Positions 17,793 through 28,101 are shown, counted from the stretch's first letter. The stretch: DNA of 64,000 nt from an uncultured Clostridia bacterium (GCA_947630625.1 CANRIL010000011.1:2065-66064); one strand, 5' to 3'. Made by a program: numbers and translations. The notes: generated by a model from the sequence alone, not told the origin.

Positions 17793-19079
17793 ATGACCTA
17801 TCGCGGATTTGAAATCAGCAGAATACAGTATCCGGACGCGCCTTCGGGCTGGGTCGACGGAGTCTACTGCGAAAGAGAACCGAGGAAAACTCCGCTCGCG
17901 GCGGACGCGGAGCTGCCGCTTTCGTTTGCATGCCGCGCCTTCCGGGAGCGCGAGGAAACGGGTTGGGGCGTGTTTGACTACGTTGACGGCGTCGCCTTTT
18001 CGTTTCCGTCCTCGCTTTCAGACTGGGAGGTCGCCGTCACCGTCAGTTCGCGCTCGGACGCGTGCCGCGTCTCCGTCTTCTGCGACGGGATAAAGGCTGC
18101 CTCCGGCATCGAAATAACGTCCGAGCCGACGGAAATTAAATTTAAGGTCCGTTCAGCCGACGATATCTCGACGTTTTATCTTTCACCCGAATACGGCGAG
18201 GGCAAAGAGGAGGCCGAAGATGAATTCACGGTCTTCGACATCTCGCGCTCACCGCTCCCGCAGCGGCAGCCGGGAAAAAAGCCGACGATGTTTTTAGCGT
18301 CCGATTCGACAGTTCAGACATACGATCCTTACTACTACCCGCAGACCGGCTGGGGCGAAGTGCTTTATAGATTTTTTGCCGACGCGGAGCTCGTCCGCGA
18401 ATATCGCCCGGAAGGCAGCACGTATTCGCAGTGCCGCGCTTATGAGCTGCCCGGCGTCACGATCGAGAACCGCTCGATCGGCGGGCGTTCGTCGCGCTCG
18501 TTCTTCCTCGAAGGCAAGCTCTCCGAGCTTTTGGCGCGCGCCGCGTGCGGCGACTTTCTCATGATACAGTTCGGCCACAACGACTGCACACGTGCGCGCC
18601 CGAACCGATACGTTTCGCCGGATGGGTATGAAGCCTATATCCGCCGCTATATCCGCGCCGCGCTCGCGCGCGGGATCACGCCGATACTTGTCACGCCCGT
18701 CAACCGCCGCAGCTGCGACGAAAACGGCATTTTTTCGCCGTCCTTCCCCGATTATTCCGAGCGGCTCCGTGCGCTTTCGGAGCAGTATAAAACCCCTCTC
18801 ATCGACCTCGCCTCAGAAAGCCTCCGGCTGCTTTCCCGCGTTGGGGCGGAGCGCTCAAAGCGCCTTTTCCTGTTTGCCGATGAAGGGGAATACGAAGGCG
18901 CATACGCCAAAGGCGTCTCCGACAACACGCACCTTTCGCGCACCGGCGCGCTCCTTTTCGCCTGTCTTGCCGCCGGGATGCTCCGGGGCGCGCAGGATGA
19001 AAGGCTCAGTCAGATCGGCGCGCTCGTCGACGAAAATCGGATATCTGCCATAACGGAGGCGCTCCTTGGAAAACTTTGA
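17793..19079 (+). CDS. SGNH/GDSL hydrolase resembling rhamnogalacturonan acetylesterase, with an extra N-terminal domain
   Basis: SGNH blocks are present: FLASDSTVQ (I), IGGRSSRSF (II), QFGHNDC (III) and DNTHLS (V). Confidence 0.7.
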   Translation: MTYRGFEISRIQYPDAPSGWVDGVYCEREPRKTPLAADAELPLSFACRAFREREETGWGVFDYVDGVAFSFPSSLSDWEVAVTVSSRSDACRVSVFCDGIKAASGIEITSEPTEIKFKVRSADDISTFYLSPEYGEGKEEAEDEFTVFDISRSPLPQRQPGKKPTMFLASDSTVQTYDPYYYPQTGWGEVLYRFFADAELVREYRPEGSTYSQCRAYELPGVTIENRSIGGRSSRSFFLEGKLSELLARAACGDFLMIQFGHNDCTRARPNRYVSPDGYEAYIRRYIRAALARGITPILVTPVNRRSCDENGIFSPSFPDYSERLRALSEQYKTPLIDLASESLRLLSRVGAERSKRLFLFADEGEYEGAYAKGVSDNTHLSRTGALLFACLAAGMLRGAQDERLSQIGALVDENRISAITEALLGKL

Positions 19080-19956
19080 TCTTTGCTCCCCCGCGTTCAT
19101 ACGCGAGCTGATGGAGCGCTTCAACATCTCGTTCCGCCACGAGTTCGGGCAGAATTTTCTCATAAACGGCGCAATTCCCAAAAAAATTGCCGCCGCCTCC
19201 GTCGGCGGCAGCGGCGGCTGCGTGCTTGAGATAGGCCCCGGCATCGGGACCATGACGCGCGAGCTCTCGCGCCTCGCCGACACCGTTGCCGCGGTCGAGA
19301 TTGACCGCTCGCTGATCCCGGTCCTCGAATACACGCTTTCCGACTGCGAAAACGTCACCGTCATAAATAACGACATTATGAAATGCGATATCGACGCGCT
19401 GACGCGCGATGTTTTCTGTGGGCGAGAATATCACGTCTGCGCAAATCTGCCCTACTACATCACGACGCCTATAATAATGAAGCTGCTCGAAGAAGGCGGG
19501 GAACGGCTCCGCTCGGTCACGATCATGATCCAGACCGAGGTCGCCGCCCGCATCACCGCCGCGCCCGGCACATCCGAATACGGCTCCATCACCGCCTCCG
19601 TCGCCTACTTCGGCACGGCAAAAAGGCTTTTCACCGTCTCGCCCGGCAGCTTTCTGCCGGCTCCGAAAGTGACCTCGACCGTCGTCAGGATCGACATTTA
19701 CCGCCCGGACGAGCGCCCCGTAAAGCCCCGCGACGAAAAAGTCATGTTCCGCGTCATATCAGCCGCTTTTGGGCAGCGCCGAAAGACGCTGCCGAACGCG
19801 CTTTCCGCCGGATTCCCGGCATTATCAAAATCGGACGCCTCAGATCTTCTCGCCTCGCTCGGGTACGACCCGCGCGTTCGCGGCGAGGCGCTTGGCACAG
19901 CCGATTTTGCCAAAATCGCGGATGAGATCGTGAATCGAGGCGAAGCGAATGGATAA
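19066..19956 (+). CDS. rsmA: 16S rRNA (adenine1518/1519-N6)-dimethyltransferase
   Basis: FGQNFL, SAM motif VLEIGPGIGTMT, and NLPYYITTPI. Confidence 0.9.
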   Translation: MENFDLCSPAFIRELMERFNISFRHEFGQNFLINGAIPKKIAAASVGGSGGCVLEIGPGIGTMTRELSRLADTVAAVEIDRSLIPVLEYTLSDCENVTVINNDIMKCDIDALTRDVFCGREYHVCANLPYYITTPIIMKLLEEGGERLRSVTIMIQTEVAARITAAPGTSEYGSITASVAYFGTAKRLFTVSPGSFLPAPKVTSTVVRIDIYRPDERPVKPRDEKVMFRVISAAFGQRRKTLPNALSAGFPALSKSDASDLLASLGYDPRVRGEALGTADFAKIADEIVNRGEANG

Positions 19957-21760
19957 ATACGGAATTTTAAAGACATATTTCGGCTACGACACCTTCCGCC
20001 CCGGGCAGGAACAGATCGTGGACGCTCTCGCGAGCGGGCGCGACGTTTTGGCCGTCATGCCGACAGGCGCGGGAAAATCTATCTGCTACCAGACCCCGGC
20101 GCTCCTTTCGGACGGCATCACGGTCGTAGTCTCGCCGCTCATCTCCTTAATGAAGGATCAGGTCGCCTCTCTCATCAAATCCGGCGTCCCCGCCGCGTAT
20201 CTCAACAGCTCGCTGACGTACGAACAATATATGCTCGCGCTCTCGCGGATGCAGGCCGGGAGATATAAGATCGTCTACGTCGCGCCGGAGCGCCTTTCAA
20301 GCCCGCGATTTCTTGAGGTCTGCCGGTCTGTCAGCGTTTGCATCGTCGCGGTCGACGAGGCGCACTGCGTTTCTCAGTGGGGGCAGGATTTCAGACCCGA
20401 TTATCTCAAAATAGCCGACTTCATACATTCGCTGCCCCGCCGTCCCGTCGTCGGCGCGTTTACCGCGACGGCGACCGACCGCGTTCGCGACGACATACGC
20501 AAAATTCTTGACCTCGACTCCCCCGTCACGGTCACGACGGGATTTGACCGGCCGAATCTGTTTTTCAGCGTGCTGACGCCGGAAAAGAAAACGGAAAAGC
20601 TGCTCTCGCTTATACGCGAACGGCGCGGCAGGTCAGGCATAATATACTGCGCGACGCGGCGCTCGGTCGAGGACGTTTGCGAAATGCTGCTGCGCGCCGG
20701 AGTCCCGGCGACGCGATACCATGCCGGGCTCACCGCCGAGGAACGGCAGAAGAATCAGGACAGCTTCGTCTCCGACCTCACCCCCGTCATCGTCGCGACA
20801 AACGCCTTCGGCATGGGGATCGACAAATCAAACGTCTCATTCGTCATCCACTACAACATGCCGAAAAACATAGAGAGCTACTATCAGGAAGCAGGACGTG
20901 CGGGACGCGACGGCGAACCGGCGGAATGTATCCTGCTTTACGGTCCCCACGACATAATCACCGCAAAATTCCTCATCAATAATTCCGAACCGAATCCCGA
21001 CCTCTCGGAAGAGGAACAAGCATCCGTCCGCCAAAGCGAGCTTTCAAGGCTCGAAGATATGATACGGTACGCAACCGGTACCGGCTGCCTGCGCGCCTTT
21101 ATCCTGCGCTATTTCGGGGAGGCGACCGGCGACTTTTGCGGCGCGTGCTCAAACTGCCTTGAATCATACGAATCGGAGGACATAACGGAGGACGCGAAAT
21201 GCGTGCTCCGCTGCGTTGCCGAGACGCAGCAGCGCTACGGCATGTCGCTGATCTCGGAAGTCCTGAAGGGGAGCAGCAGCGAACGTATTTCCCGCCTTGA
21301 CAGGGCGGGATCGTTCGGCGCGCTCCGAACATACACGCTCGCCAAAATAAAAAACATCATAAGCGCGCTTTTGACGGACGGGTTTCTCACCGCGGACGGC
21401 GAATATCCCGTGCTCACGCTGACTGAACGCTCCGCAGACGTTCTTTACGGCGGAGCGCACGTGAAAATGAAGGTGCTCGGCAAAAAGAAGAAGGAGCCGG
21501 AGATGAAAAAAACTTCTTCGTCCCAAGCCCTCACAGGCGAGGACAGCGAACTGCTCACAGAGCTCAAGCGGCTTCGCGCCCGGCTCGCGCGGGAGGAAAA
21601 CGTCCCCGCCTACATCATCTTTACGGACGCGACACTAACGGACATGTGCCGCAAAAAGCCGCGCGACATGACGGAAATATTGCGCGTAACCGGCGTCGGC
21701 GAGCGCAAACGCGACAAATACGGGATGCAGTTTCTCGGCGTCATAGAAAAATTCGTCTGA
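19949..21760 (+). CDS. recQ: ATP-dependent DNA helicase RecQ
   Basis: FGYDTFRPGQEQIV, Walker A MPTGAGKS, DEAH box VDEAHCVSQWGQDFRPDY, RecQ-Ct zinc cluster (CGACSNC), and a C-terminal HRDC-like domain. It overlaps rsmA by 8 nt. Confidence 0.92.
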   Translation: MDKYGILKTYFGYDTFRPGQEQIVDALASGRDVLAVMPTGAGKSICYQTPALLSDGITVVVSPLISLMKDQVASLIKSGVPAAYLNSSLTYEQYMLALSRMQAGRYKIVYVAPERLSSPRFLEVCRSVSVCIVAVDEAHCVSQWGQDFRPDYLKIADFIHSLPRRPVVGAFTATATDRVRDDIRKILDLDSPVTVTTGFDRPNLFFSVLTPEKKTEKLLSLIRERRGRSGIIYCATRRSVEDVCEMLLRAGVPATRYHAGLTAEERQKNQDSFVSDLTPVIVATNAFGMGIDKSNVSFVIHYNMPKNIESYYQEAGRAGRDGEPAECILLYGPHDIITAKFLINNSEPNPDLSEEEQASVRQSELSRLEDMIRYATGTGCLRAFILRYFGEATGDFCGACSNCLESYESEDITEDAKCVLRCVAETQQRYGMSLISEVLKGSSSERISRLDRAGSFGALRTYTLAKIKNIISALLTDGFLTADGEYPVLTLTERSADVLYGGAHVKMKVLGKKKKEPEMKKTSSSQALTGEDSELLTELKRLRARLAREENVPAYIIFTDATLTDMCRKKPRDMTEILRVTGVGERKRDKYGMQFLGVIEKFV

Positions 21761-21765
21761 AAAAA

Positions 21766-21804
21766 GGGAGGATGTGCTTTCTTTCGCGAAAGCTCCATCC
21801 TCCC
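21766..21804. terminator. Bidirectional hairpin between convergent recQ and the RpiB-like gene
   Basis: gggaggatg...catcctccc with an inner gctttc/gaaagc stem. Confidence 0.65.
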
Positions 21805-21819
21805 ACATTTTATGTTTTC

Positions 21820-22458
21820 TTATTCGGCAAGTATTTTCTCAACGGCCGCGCGAAGCTTCGGGCACTTGCAGTCTGCAAAGAAGAGCTCCTTGAATCTGCT
21901 GCCGGAAAGCGCGCCCTTTACAAGCTCGCGGTCGAGCTCCGGCAAAATCTCTTCGAGCGGGCGGTACGTCTTTGACTTCACCTCGTCGAGTATTTTCTTG
22001 TTCGCCTTTTCGGGAACGGCGCGCTCGCGCGGATAGCCCTGACCGGGCTCCTCGCAGAACAGCTTCTCGAATATGTATTCGAGATTGAGGTCGCCGCCCC
22101 AGCCGAATCCCTTCGCAAACGGGATTGCGATCGCGTTTCCGTCGTTGATCTGCGCGAACGTGTACGCGTCGAGCGGGTCTTCGACGTGTCCGCATATGAC
22201 GCCCGGAAACGAATTGCACGCCAGCATCGCGCCCTCGCCCGTGCCGCAGCCGGTTATGACGTAATCGGCAGCGCCCGAATTGAGCAGGACGGAGGCGAGT
22301 ATGCCGATCTGCACGTACGTGAGCTGGTTGTCGTCCGGCGAGTACATCCCGTAGTTGACGACCTCGTGCCCCATAGGTTCGACGACGCGGCGCAGCGCGC
22401 CCTCGATCACGGCGTTTTTCGCCGCCTGGCTGTTTTCATTGATAAGTGCGATTTTCAT
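21820..22458 (-). CDS. RpiB/LacA/LacB-family sugar isomerase, long (about 210 aa) form; DhuI-like
   Basis: MKIALINENSQ...ITGCGTGEGAMLACNSFPGV...DGNAIAIPFAKGFGWGG. It is adjacent to and co-oriented with a KduD-like SDR. Confidence 0.75.
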   Translation of the reverse strand: MKIALINENSQAAKNAVIEGALRRVVEPMGHEVVNYGMYSPDDNQLTYVQIGILASVLLNSGAADYVITGCGTGEGAMLACNSFPGVICGHVEDPLDAYTFAQINDGNAIAIPFAKGFGWGGDLNLEYIFEKLFCEEPGQGYPRERAVPEKANKKILDEVKSKTYRPLEEILPELDRELVKGALSGSRFKELFFADCKCPKLRAAVEKILAE

Positions 22459-22537
22459 CTTGTTGACACTCCTTTTTTATTGCTTACGCGTTTTCGGCGC
22501 AAATATAGACTAGGCGAATAATATCCTTACGCGCACG

Positions 22538-23332
22538 TCACGGCTGCCTGCCGATATAGGCGAGAATGCCGCCGTCCACATATAGGATGTGGCCGTTCAC
22601 GAAATCGGACGCCTCGGACGCGAGGAACACGGCGGGGCCCTTCAGATCGTCGGGTGTGCCCCAACGCTCCGCCGGAGTTTTCGAGATTATGAACGCGTCA
22701 AACGGATGGCGGCTGCCGTCCGGCTGAGGCTCGCGCAGCGGAGCCGTCTGCGGCGTGGCGATATATCCCGGCCCTATGCCGTTGCACTGGATATTATATT
22801 TTCCGTACTCGGAGGCGATATTTCGCGTCAGCATCTTGAGCCCGCCCTTCGCGGACGCGTAAGCTGACACCGTTTCCCTGCCGAGCTCGCTCATCATCGA
22901 GCAGATATTGATTATCTTGCCGTGACGGCGCTCCATCATCGACGGAAGCACGGCCTTTGAAACGATATACGGCGCTACAAGGTCGATGTCGACGACCTCG
23001 CGGAATTCGGATACCTGCATCTCGTGCATCGGTATGCGCTTTATTATCCCGGCGTTGTTGACGAGAATGTCTACGGCGCCGAGCGTTTTTTCAATGTCCG
23101 CAACCATTTCGGCGACGGCGCCCTCGTCCGTCACATCGCAGATGTACCCCTTCGCCGTAATGCCGCGCTTTTCGTATTCGGCGAGCGCAGAGTTCAGGTG
23201 CCCTTCTCCTCGGCAGTTGAACGCGATCTTCGCGCCCGCCTCCGCGAGCGCTTCCGCGATCGCGAAGCCGATCCCGTAAGCGGCGCCCGTCACAAGCGCG
23301 GTTTTTCCTTCAAGCGAAAACAGATTTTTCAT
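22538..23332 (-). CDS. Short-chain dehydrogenase of the KduD / gluconate 5-dehydrogenase / DhuD type
   Basis: TGAAYGIGFA cofactor loop, NNAG, and catalytic S...YASAKGG (YxxxK). The start MKNLFSLEGK at 23332 is preferred over the track start at 23359. Confidence 0.8.
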   Translation of the reverse strand: MKNLFSLEGKTALVTGAAYGIGFAIAEALAEAGAKIAFNCRGEGHLNSALAEYEKRGITAKGYICDVTDEGAVAEMVADIEKTLGAVDILVNNAGIIKRIPMHEMQVSEFREVVDIDLVAPYIVSKAVLPSMMERRHGKIINICSMMSELGRETVSAYASAKGGLKMLTRNIASEYGKYNIQCNGIGPGYIATPQTAPLREPQPDGSRHPFDAFIISKTPAERWGTPDDLKGPAVFLASEASDFVNGHILYVDGGILAYIGRQP

Positions 23333-23497
23333 ATAATTACCGCCCCTATTCCTTAGCATTATATTAAGTATATCAGAAAAAACTGCCGTTGTAAATGACT
23401 TTGTTCCACAGATACCCGTTTTGGGCTTGAAAAACGGGCGAGTATGGTATATAATACTGTGAGAGAATGAAATTCGCGGGGAAACGGAGGACCTTTT

Positions 23498-24595
23498 ATG
23501 CTCGCAGCCGTCAGAAATTTTATAATAGCATTTTTGATCGCCGCTTTGGTCTTCGGTGCTATCGCGTCATTTATCACGATATTCATCGCCGAAAACGTCA
23601 TCGGCATCGCGGACACGCCCGAAACCGACTCGATGGGCGACGAAACGATAACCCCGCCGGAGGACACGCGCCCCGTCAACCCGGATAGACCTGCCCCGCC
23701 TTCATACCCGGACATAGAAGGGGAATCCTTCTCGGTCCTTCTGATCGGGACCGACTATCGCCCCGACGATTTTGTAGATTATATCGAGGACTTTTCAAAC
23801 AAAGCGTTTACCGGCTCGACTCTCGGATATCTCAAAAAGCCGATCCGGACGCAGAACGCCGACATGATAATCCTCGTCACCGTCTCCGAGGAGACGCGGC
23901 AGATCGTCTTCACCTCGATCCCGTCCAACACGCGCATAACTGTAAACGGCAGCTACCGCCTGCTCGGCACGCGCTACGACAAGGGCGGCGTTGACGAGAT
24001 CGTTGACTTTGTAAATTACCTGACGGCCGTTCCGGCAGATTTCTACATCAAGGCGAACATCACGGACGCCGGCTCCATCATCGACCTTATAGACGGCGTC
24101 TCCATCAACGTCCCCGTCGACGTGATGAACCCGTACTACAACCCGATGTGGGTGGAAGAACTCGCCCCGTTTTCGGGGATCACGGGAGAGCGCGACTTTG
24201 AGACGAGGATCGCGATCGAGGCGGGCGAGCGTACGATCGACTCTTCCAACATCTTCGCCCTCATGCACTACCGCACCGAGCGCGCGTCTTCAAGCGAGCG
24301 TGACTTCGTCGTAATGGAGCTTGCAAGGCAGACGCTGAAAAAAGCGGTCAGCGCCGAATACCTCAACCGCGCGCCGGAAATTTTCGCAAAGATAATGAAG
24401 CTCACGGACTCGAACATGACCGTCGGCGACCTTACGTCAAATATCGAATTTTTCCGCCACTATAACGAATTCTCGATCGTGACGCTCACATATCCCGGAA
24501 CGTATTCGACGCTTGACGGCGAGGCGTGCTTCGTCCCCGACCTGACCGAGGCTTACGAACTGTTCCGCTCATATCGCGGCGTCGGACTTGAATAA
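23498..24595 (+). CDS. LytR-CpsA-Psr (LCP) family cell-wall glycopolymer transferase
   Basis: N-terminal TM anchor, then FSVLLIGTDYR...NADMIILVTV...IPSNTRI, which is typical of the LCP extracellular domain. Confidence 0.7.
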   Translation: MLAAVRNFIIAFLIAALVFGAIASFITIFIAENVIGIADTPETDSMGDETITPPEDTRPVNPDRPAPPSYPDIEGESFSVLLIGTDYRPDDFVDYIEDFSNKAFTGSTLGYLKKPIRTQNADMIILVTVSEETRQIVFTSIPSNTRITVNGSYRLLGTRYDKGGVDEIVDFVNYLTAVPADFYIKANITDAGSIIDLIDGVSINVPVDVMNPYYNPMWVEELAPFSGITGERDFETRIAIEAGERTIDSSNIFALMHYRTERASSSERDFVVMELARQTLKKAVSAEYLNRAPEIFAKIMKLTDSNMTVGDLTSNIEFFRHYNEFSIVTLTYPGTYSTLDGEACFVPDLTEAYELFRSYRGVGLE

Positions 24596-24614
24596 ACCCG
24601 AAAGGATAAAATAT

Positions 24615-25994
24615 ATGAACAACACCGAAAAGACAATGGACAAGATCGTTGCTCTCTGCAAGAACCGCGGCTTTATTTTCGCGGGCAGCGACATATACGG
24701 CGGGCTCGCAAACACATGGGACTACGGTCCTCTCGGCTCCCGCCTGAAGAACAACGTCAAGGACACATGGCGCAAGCGCTTCATTCAGGAGCGCAAGAAC
24801 AGCTACGAGGTCGACGCCGACATCCTCATGCACCCGAGAGTCTGGGAGGCGAGCGGTCACGTTGCGAGCTTCTCCGACCCGCTTCTGGACTGCAAGGAAT
24901 GCAAGACGCGCCACCGCGCCGACAATCTCATCGCCGACTTCGACCCGGACGCGCATCCGGATTCGATGACGAAGGAAGAGATGTTCGAATACATCAAGGC
25001 GCATTCGATCCCCTGCCCGAAATGCGGCAAGCACAACTTTACAGACATACGCGAATTCAACCTCATGTTCCAGACGTTCCGCGGCGTCACAAACGATTCG
25101 AAGAGCGTCATATACCTTCGCCCCGAAAACGCGCAGGGCGAATATGTCAATTTCCTCAACGTCCAGCGTTCGATGCGCGCAAAGCTGCCGTTCTCGATCG
25201 GTCAGATCGGCAAGGCGTTCCGCAATGAGATAACTCCCGGCAACTTCACGTTCCGCACGATCGAGTTCGAGCAGATGGAGTTCCAGACGTTCTGCCATGA
25301 GGGTCAGGACAGCGAGCTCTACGATTATTTCAAGGAATACGGCAAAAAATATTTTGAGGACCTGGGCATCGCGCCCGAACACCTCCGCTTCCACGACCAT
25401 GAAAAGCTCGCCCATTACGCGAAGGCGGCGTGCGACATCGAATTCTTATTCCCGTTCGGCTGGGGCGAGATCAACGGCACCCACAACCGCACGGACTTCG
25501 ACCTCACGCGGCATCAGGAATACAGCGGCACGAACATGAGCTATCTCGACCCCGAGACGAACGAGCGCTTTATTCCCTACATCATCGAGTCGACATACGG
25601 GCTTGACCGCACCGTGCTGGCGCTTCTTTGCGAGGCTTACGACGAGGAGGTCATCGACGCGGAGAAAAACGACACGCGCGTCGTCCTGCATCTCTCTCCC
25701 GCAGTCGCGCCGTACAAGTGCGCCGTGCTCCCGCTCTCCAAAAAGCTTTCGGAAAAGGCGCTCGGCGTATATGAGACGCTCTCGAAGGAGTTCATGACGG
25801 ACTTCGACGAGACGGGCTCCATCGGCAAGCGTTACCGCCGCGAGGACGAGATCGGCACTCCGTACTGCGTCACCTACGACTTCGATTCCGAAACCGACGG
25901 CTGCGTCACCGTCCGCGAGCGCGACAGCATGGAGCAGGTTCGCATTCCGATATCCGAGGTCGCCGGATATATTTCAAAGACGATAAAATTCTGA
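24615..25994 (+). CDS. glyQS: Glycine--tRNA ligase (single-chain alpha2 type)
   Basis: MDKIVALCKNRGFIFAGSDIYGGLANTWDYGPLG, FRNEITPGNFTFRTIEFEQMEFQ, and a C-terminal anticodon-binding domain. Confidence 0.95.
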   Translation: MNNTEKTMDKIVALCKNRGFIFAGSDIYGGLANTWDYGPLGSRLKNNVKDTWRKRFIQERKNSYEVDADILMHPRVWEASGHVASFSDPLLDCKECKTRHRADNLIADFDPDAHPDSMTKEEMFEYIKAHSIPCPKCGKHNFTDIREFNLMFQTFRGVTNDSKSVIYLRPENAQGEYVNFLNVQRSMRAKLPFSIGQIGKAFRNEITPGNFTFRTIEFEQMEFQTFCHEGQDSELYDYFKEYGKKYFEDLGIAPEHLRFHDHEKLAHYAKAACDIEFLFPFGWGEINGTHNRTDFDLTRHQEYSGTNMSYLDPETNERFIPYIIESTYGLDRTVLALLCEAYDEEVIDAEKNDTRVVLHLSPAVAPYKCAVLPLSKKLSEKALGVYETLSKEFMTDFDETGSIGKRYRREDEIGTPYCVTYDFDSETDGCVTVRERDSMEQVRIPISEVAGYISKTIKF

Positions 25995-26004
25995 AAAACA
26001 CTCA

Positions 26005-26049
26005 GGGGAGCCTCCAATTTAAGAAGCTCCCCGCTTTTTAAAAAATAAA
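26005..26049 (+). terminator. Rho-independent terminator after glyQS
   Basis: ggggagc...gctcccc is followed by gcTTTTT. Confidence 0.65.
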
Positions 26050-26065
26050 TATGGGAGAAAAGGTC

Positions 26066-28066
26066 ATGAAAAAAATACTTCTCGCACTGCTCGCCGTCTC
26101 GCTGCTTGCCGCCTGTACATACGCCGCGTCGGCCGCCGAGACTGTCCACGTCAGCGCCTCCGGCGAGGTACGCGTCGATGAAAGCTACGACGGACCCAAA
26201 ATAATCAAGATACGCGTCCTGAACGAGGCGCGCTTTCTCGAAATTTACTGGGACCGCTACGTAGACGAAAACGAAGCCGTCAATCCCGCCAATTTCACGC
26301 TTCGCGCCGGGGACAAAACGATCACTCTTCTGCCGAACACGCTTGCCTCCACCGGATATACGGACACGATCTTCTTCGACCATGAAAACAAAGTCGTCGC
26401 CGCCTCCGACGCGCACTGCATGAACAGGCTCGACCCCAACTTACATATGTCGAGCATCTCCTTCCCCGAATCCGAGCTTTCAAAGCTTGCCGCCGCCGGC
26501 GAATCCCGCCTGACCCTTGAGGTTCGCGGCGAAAAGATAGTCGACAAAAACGGGAAGTCCGCGAAGAGCGTCACATATACGGGCGTTCCGCGCGTCGATT
26601 ATTATACTCAGAAGGTCGAGACTGAAAGCGGCATAACTGTCAAGGGCGACGACACCGTAAAGCGTTCATCCCTTGAGCTCGCCGCGCGCCAGATCGAGGT
26701 CGAGCTCGCCAAGCCCGGAACCGGCATCGCCGAGACGATGAAGAAATGGCACTGCTCGCTCGCCGTTTACAGCCCACGCGAGAACGTATACATGATACCG
26801 GAGCACCGCTACGGGTTCCGCACCTCCATGTACGACCTTGAGGGCTACGGCGGAAACAAGTGGAACGGCTGCGTCTCCTCCATCGCCGAGGCGAACATAA
26901 CGCGGACGCGCGGTTCCGCGGAGCCGTATCAGAACACGATGTACCCGAACGAAAACGTGCTGATACACGAATTCGGGCATTCGATCAAATCTATCGGCCT
27001 TGAAGAAAACGACGATCAGACGCTCATCGACGAATACTTTGCGGCATACGAAAACGCTGTCGACACCGGGCTCTGGCCGAACACGTACGCGATATCGAAT
27101 TCCGACGAATTCTTTGCGACGATGTGCGCCATCTGGTTCAACAACATGGACGATGTTTCCTCGTGGAGCGACGGCACGCGTTCCCCGCTGAACACGCGCG
27201 CGGAGATGAAGGAATACGACCCCATCACATACGCATTTTTTGAAAAGATCCTTCCGGCAGACGAAACGCTTCCCTCCCCATGGGACGTTCCTTCTCCCGA
27301 CAACTACACGGGCGGCATCGTCCGTCCGCCCGTGAACAACAGATTCGCATGCGAGGAGGACGGCATGGAGCGCGATGTCTTCAAGCTTGAAACGCGATCG
27401 CGCGGCACCACATGGCAGGTCGACAGATACGCCGCCGACGCCTCGCGTCCGGAGAAGGACCTCTGCCTCTGGACCCCTTACGGCAACGACGGCGACAGCG
27501 GCTCAATGATAAACGGCCCCTGGCGCGTCGTCCGCAACAGCGACGGCACAGTCTCGCTCTCGTCGTTTGATCTCACCGCCGCGCTGACGGCGACGGGCAA
27601 GGATACGGTCGCCGTTTCGGGACGCGCGCTGAACACCGACAACGACGCGCAGAAATGGCTCTTCATCGAGGACACGACGACGGCGAACGAATTCGACGGC
27701 AGGCTCATAAACGTGAAATACGGCACAGCGCTCGCTCACGAGGCGCGCGCCTCCGACGGAACGGCGCTGCTGCTCACGTCCGAAAGCGAGGGCTCGCTCT
27801 GGATGCTGCGCAACACGTCCGAGACGAAGGGATCGAAGCTCGCATACCTGACACCGACCTCGCTCACGCCGAAGGACCCGCCCGAAACGGACCCCGCGCC
27901 CGAAACTGACGTGAAACCGGAACCTGATCAAACAACTGCCCCGTCGCCCGACTCCGGCGAACCCGCCGCGCCGTCCGGCGGCTGCGGCTCCATGCTGCCG
28001 CCCCTCCCCGCGACCGCCGCCCTCGCCGCGTGCGCCGCGCTTGTGATAAAAAGGAAGCGGAAATAA
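26066..28066 (+). CDS. Secreted, C-terminally anchored zinc metalloprotease-like protein (HEFGH...EFF gluzincin arrangement) with a ricin-type beta-trefoil lectin domain
   Basis: Signal peptide MKKILLALLAVSLLAACTYAASA. NVLIHEFGHSI with a downstream SDEFFATMCAIWF resembles the anthrax lethal factor-like (ATLF) layout. Q-x-W-like trefoil motifs are present (TWQVD, GPWRVV, AQKWLF, SLWML). A P/E/T linker leads to GGCGS, a TM span and KRKRK. Confidence 0.65.
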   Translation: MKKILLALLAVSLLAACTYAASAAETVHVSASGEVRVDESYDGPKIIKIRVLNEARFLEIYWDRYVDENEAVNPANFTLRAGDKTITLLPNTLASTGYTDTIFFDHENKVVAASDAHCMNRLDPNLHMSSISFPESELSKLAAAGESRLTLEVRGEKIVDKNGKSAKSVTYTGVPRVDYYTQKVETESGITVKGDDTVKRSSLELAARQIEVELAKPGTGIAETMKKWHCSLAVYSPRENVYMIPEHRYGFRTSMYDLEGYGGNKWNGCVSSIAEANITRTRGSAEPYQNTMYPNENVLIHEFGHSIKSIGLEENDDQTLIDEYFAAYENAVDTGLWPNTYAISNSDEFFATMCAIWFNNMDDVSSWSDGTRSPLNTRAEMKEYDPITYAFFEKILPADETLPSPWDVPSPDNYTGGIVRPPVNNRFACEEDGMERDVFKLETRSRGTTWQVDRYAADASRPEKDLCLWTPYGNDGDSGSMINGPWRVVRNSDGTVSLSSFDLTAALTATGKDTVAVSGRALNTDNDAQKWLFIEDTTTANEFDGRLINVKYGTALAHEARASDGTALLLTSESEGSLWMLRNTSETKGSKLAYLTPTSLTPKDPPETDPAPETDVKPEPDQTTAPSPDSGEPAAPSGGCGSMLPPLPATAALAACAALVIKRKRK

Positions 28067-28071
28067 ATGCC

Positions 28072-28101
28072 AAGGGGGAGCTTTTGAAAAAGCTCCCCCT
28101 T
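28072..28101. terminator. Hairpin between the convergent surface-protein genes
   Basis: aagggggagcttt / tgaa / aaagctccccctt. Confidence 0.5.

Noticed and set aside
24596-24614. T-box leader expected upstream of glyQS (and upstream of asnS at 60517-60763)
   Set aside because: Only 19 nt separate the LCP stop from the glyQS start. The 247-nt region before asnS shows no recognisable specifier loop or T-box (AATTAGAGTGGTACC-like) sequence, and no terminator/antiterminator pair that I could fold by eye.
24486-25415. 309-aa ORF antisense to glyQS, and similarly 61397-62176 and 60647-61249 antisense to asnS
   Set aside because: These lie opposite highly conserved aminoacyl-tRNA synthetase genes. 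They are shadow ORFs.
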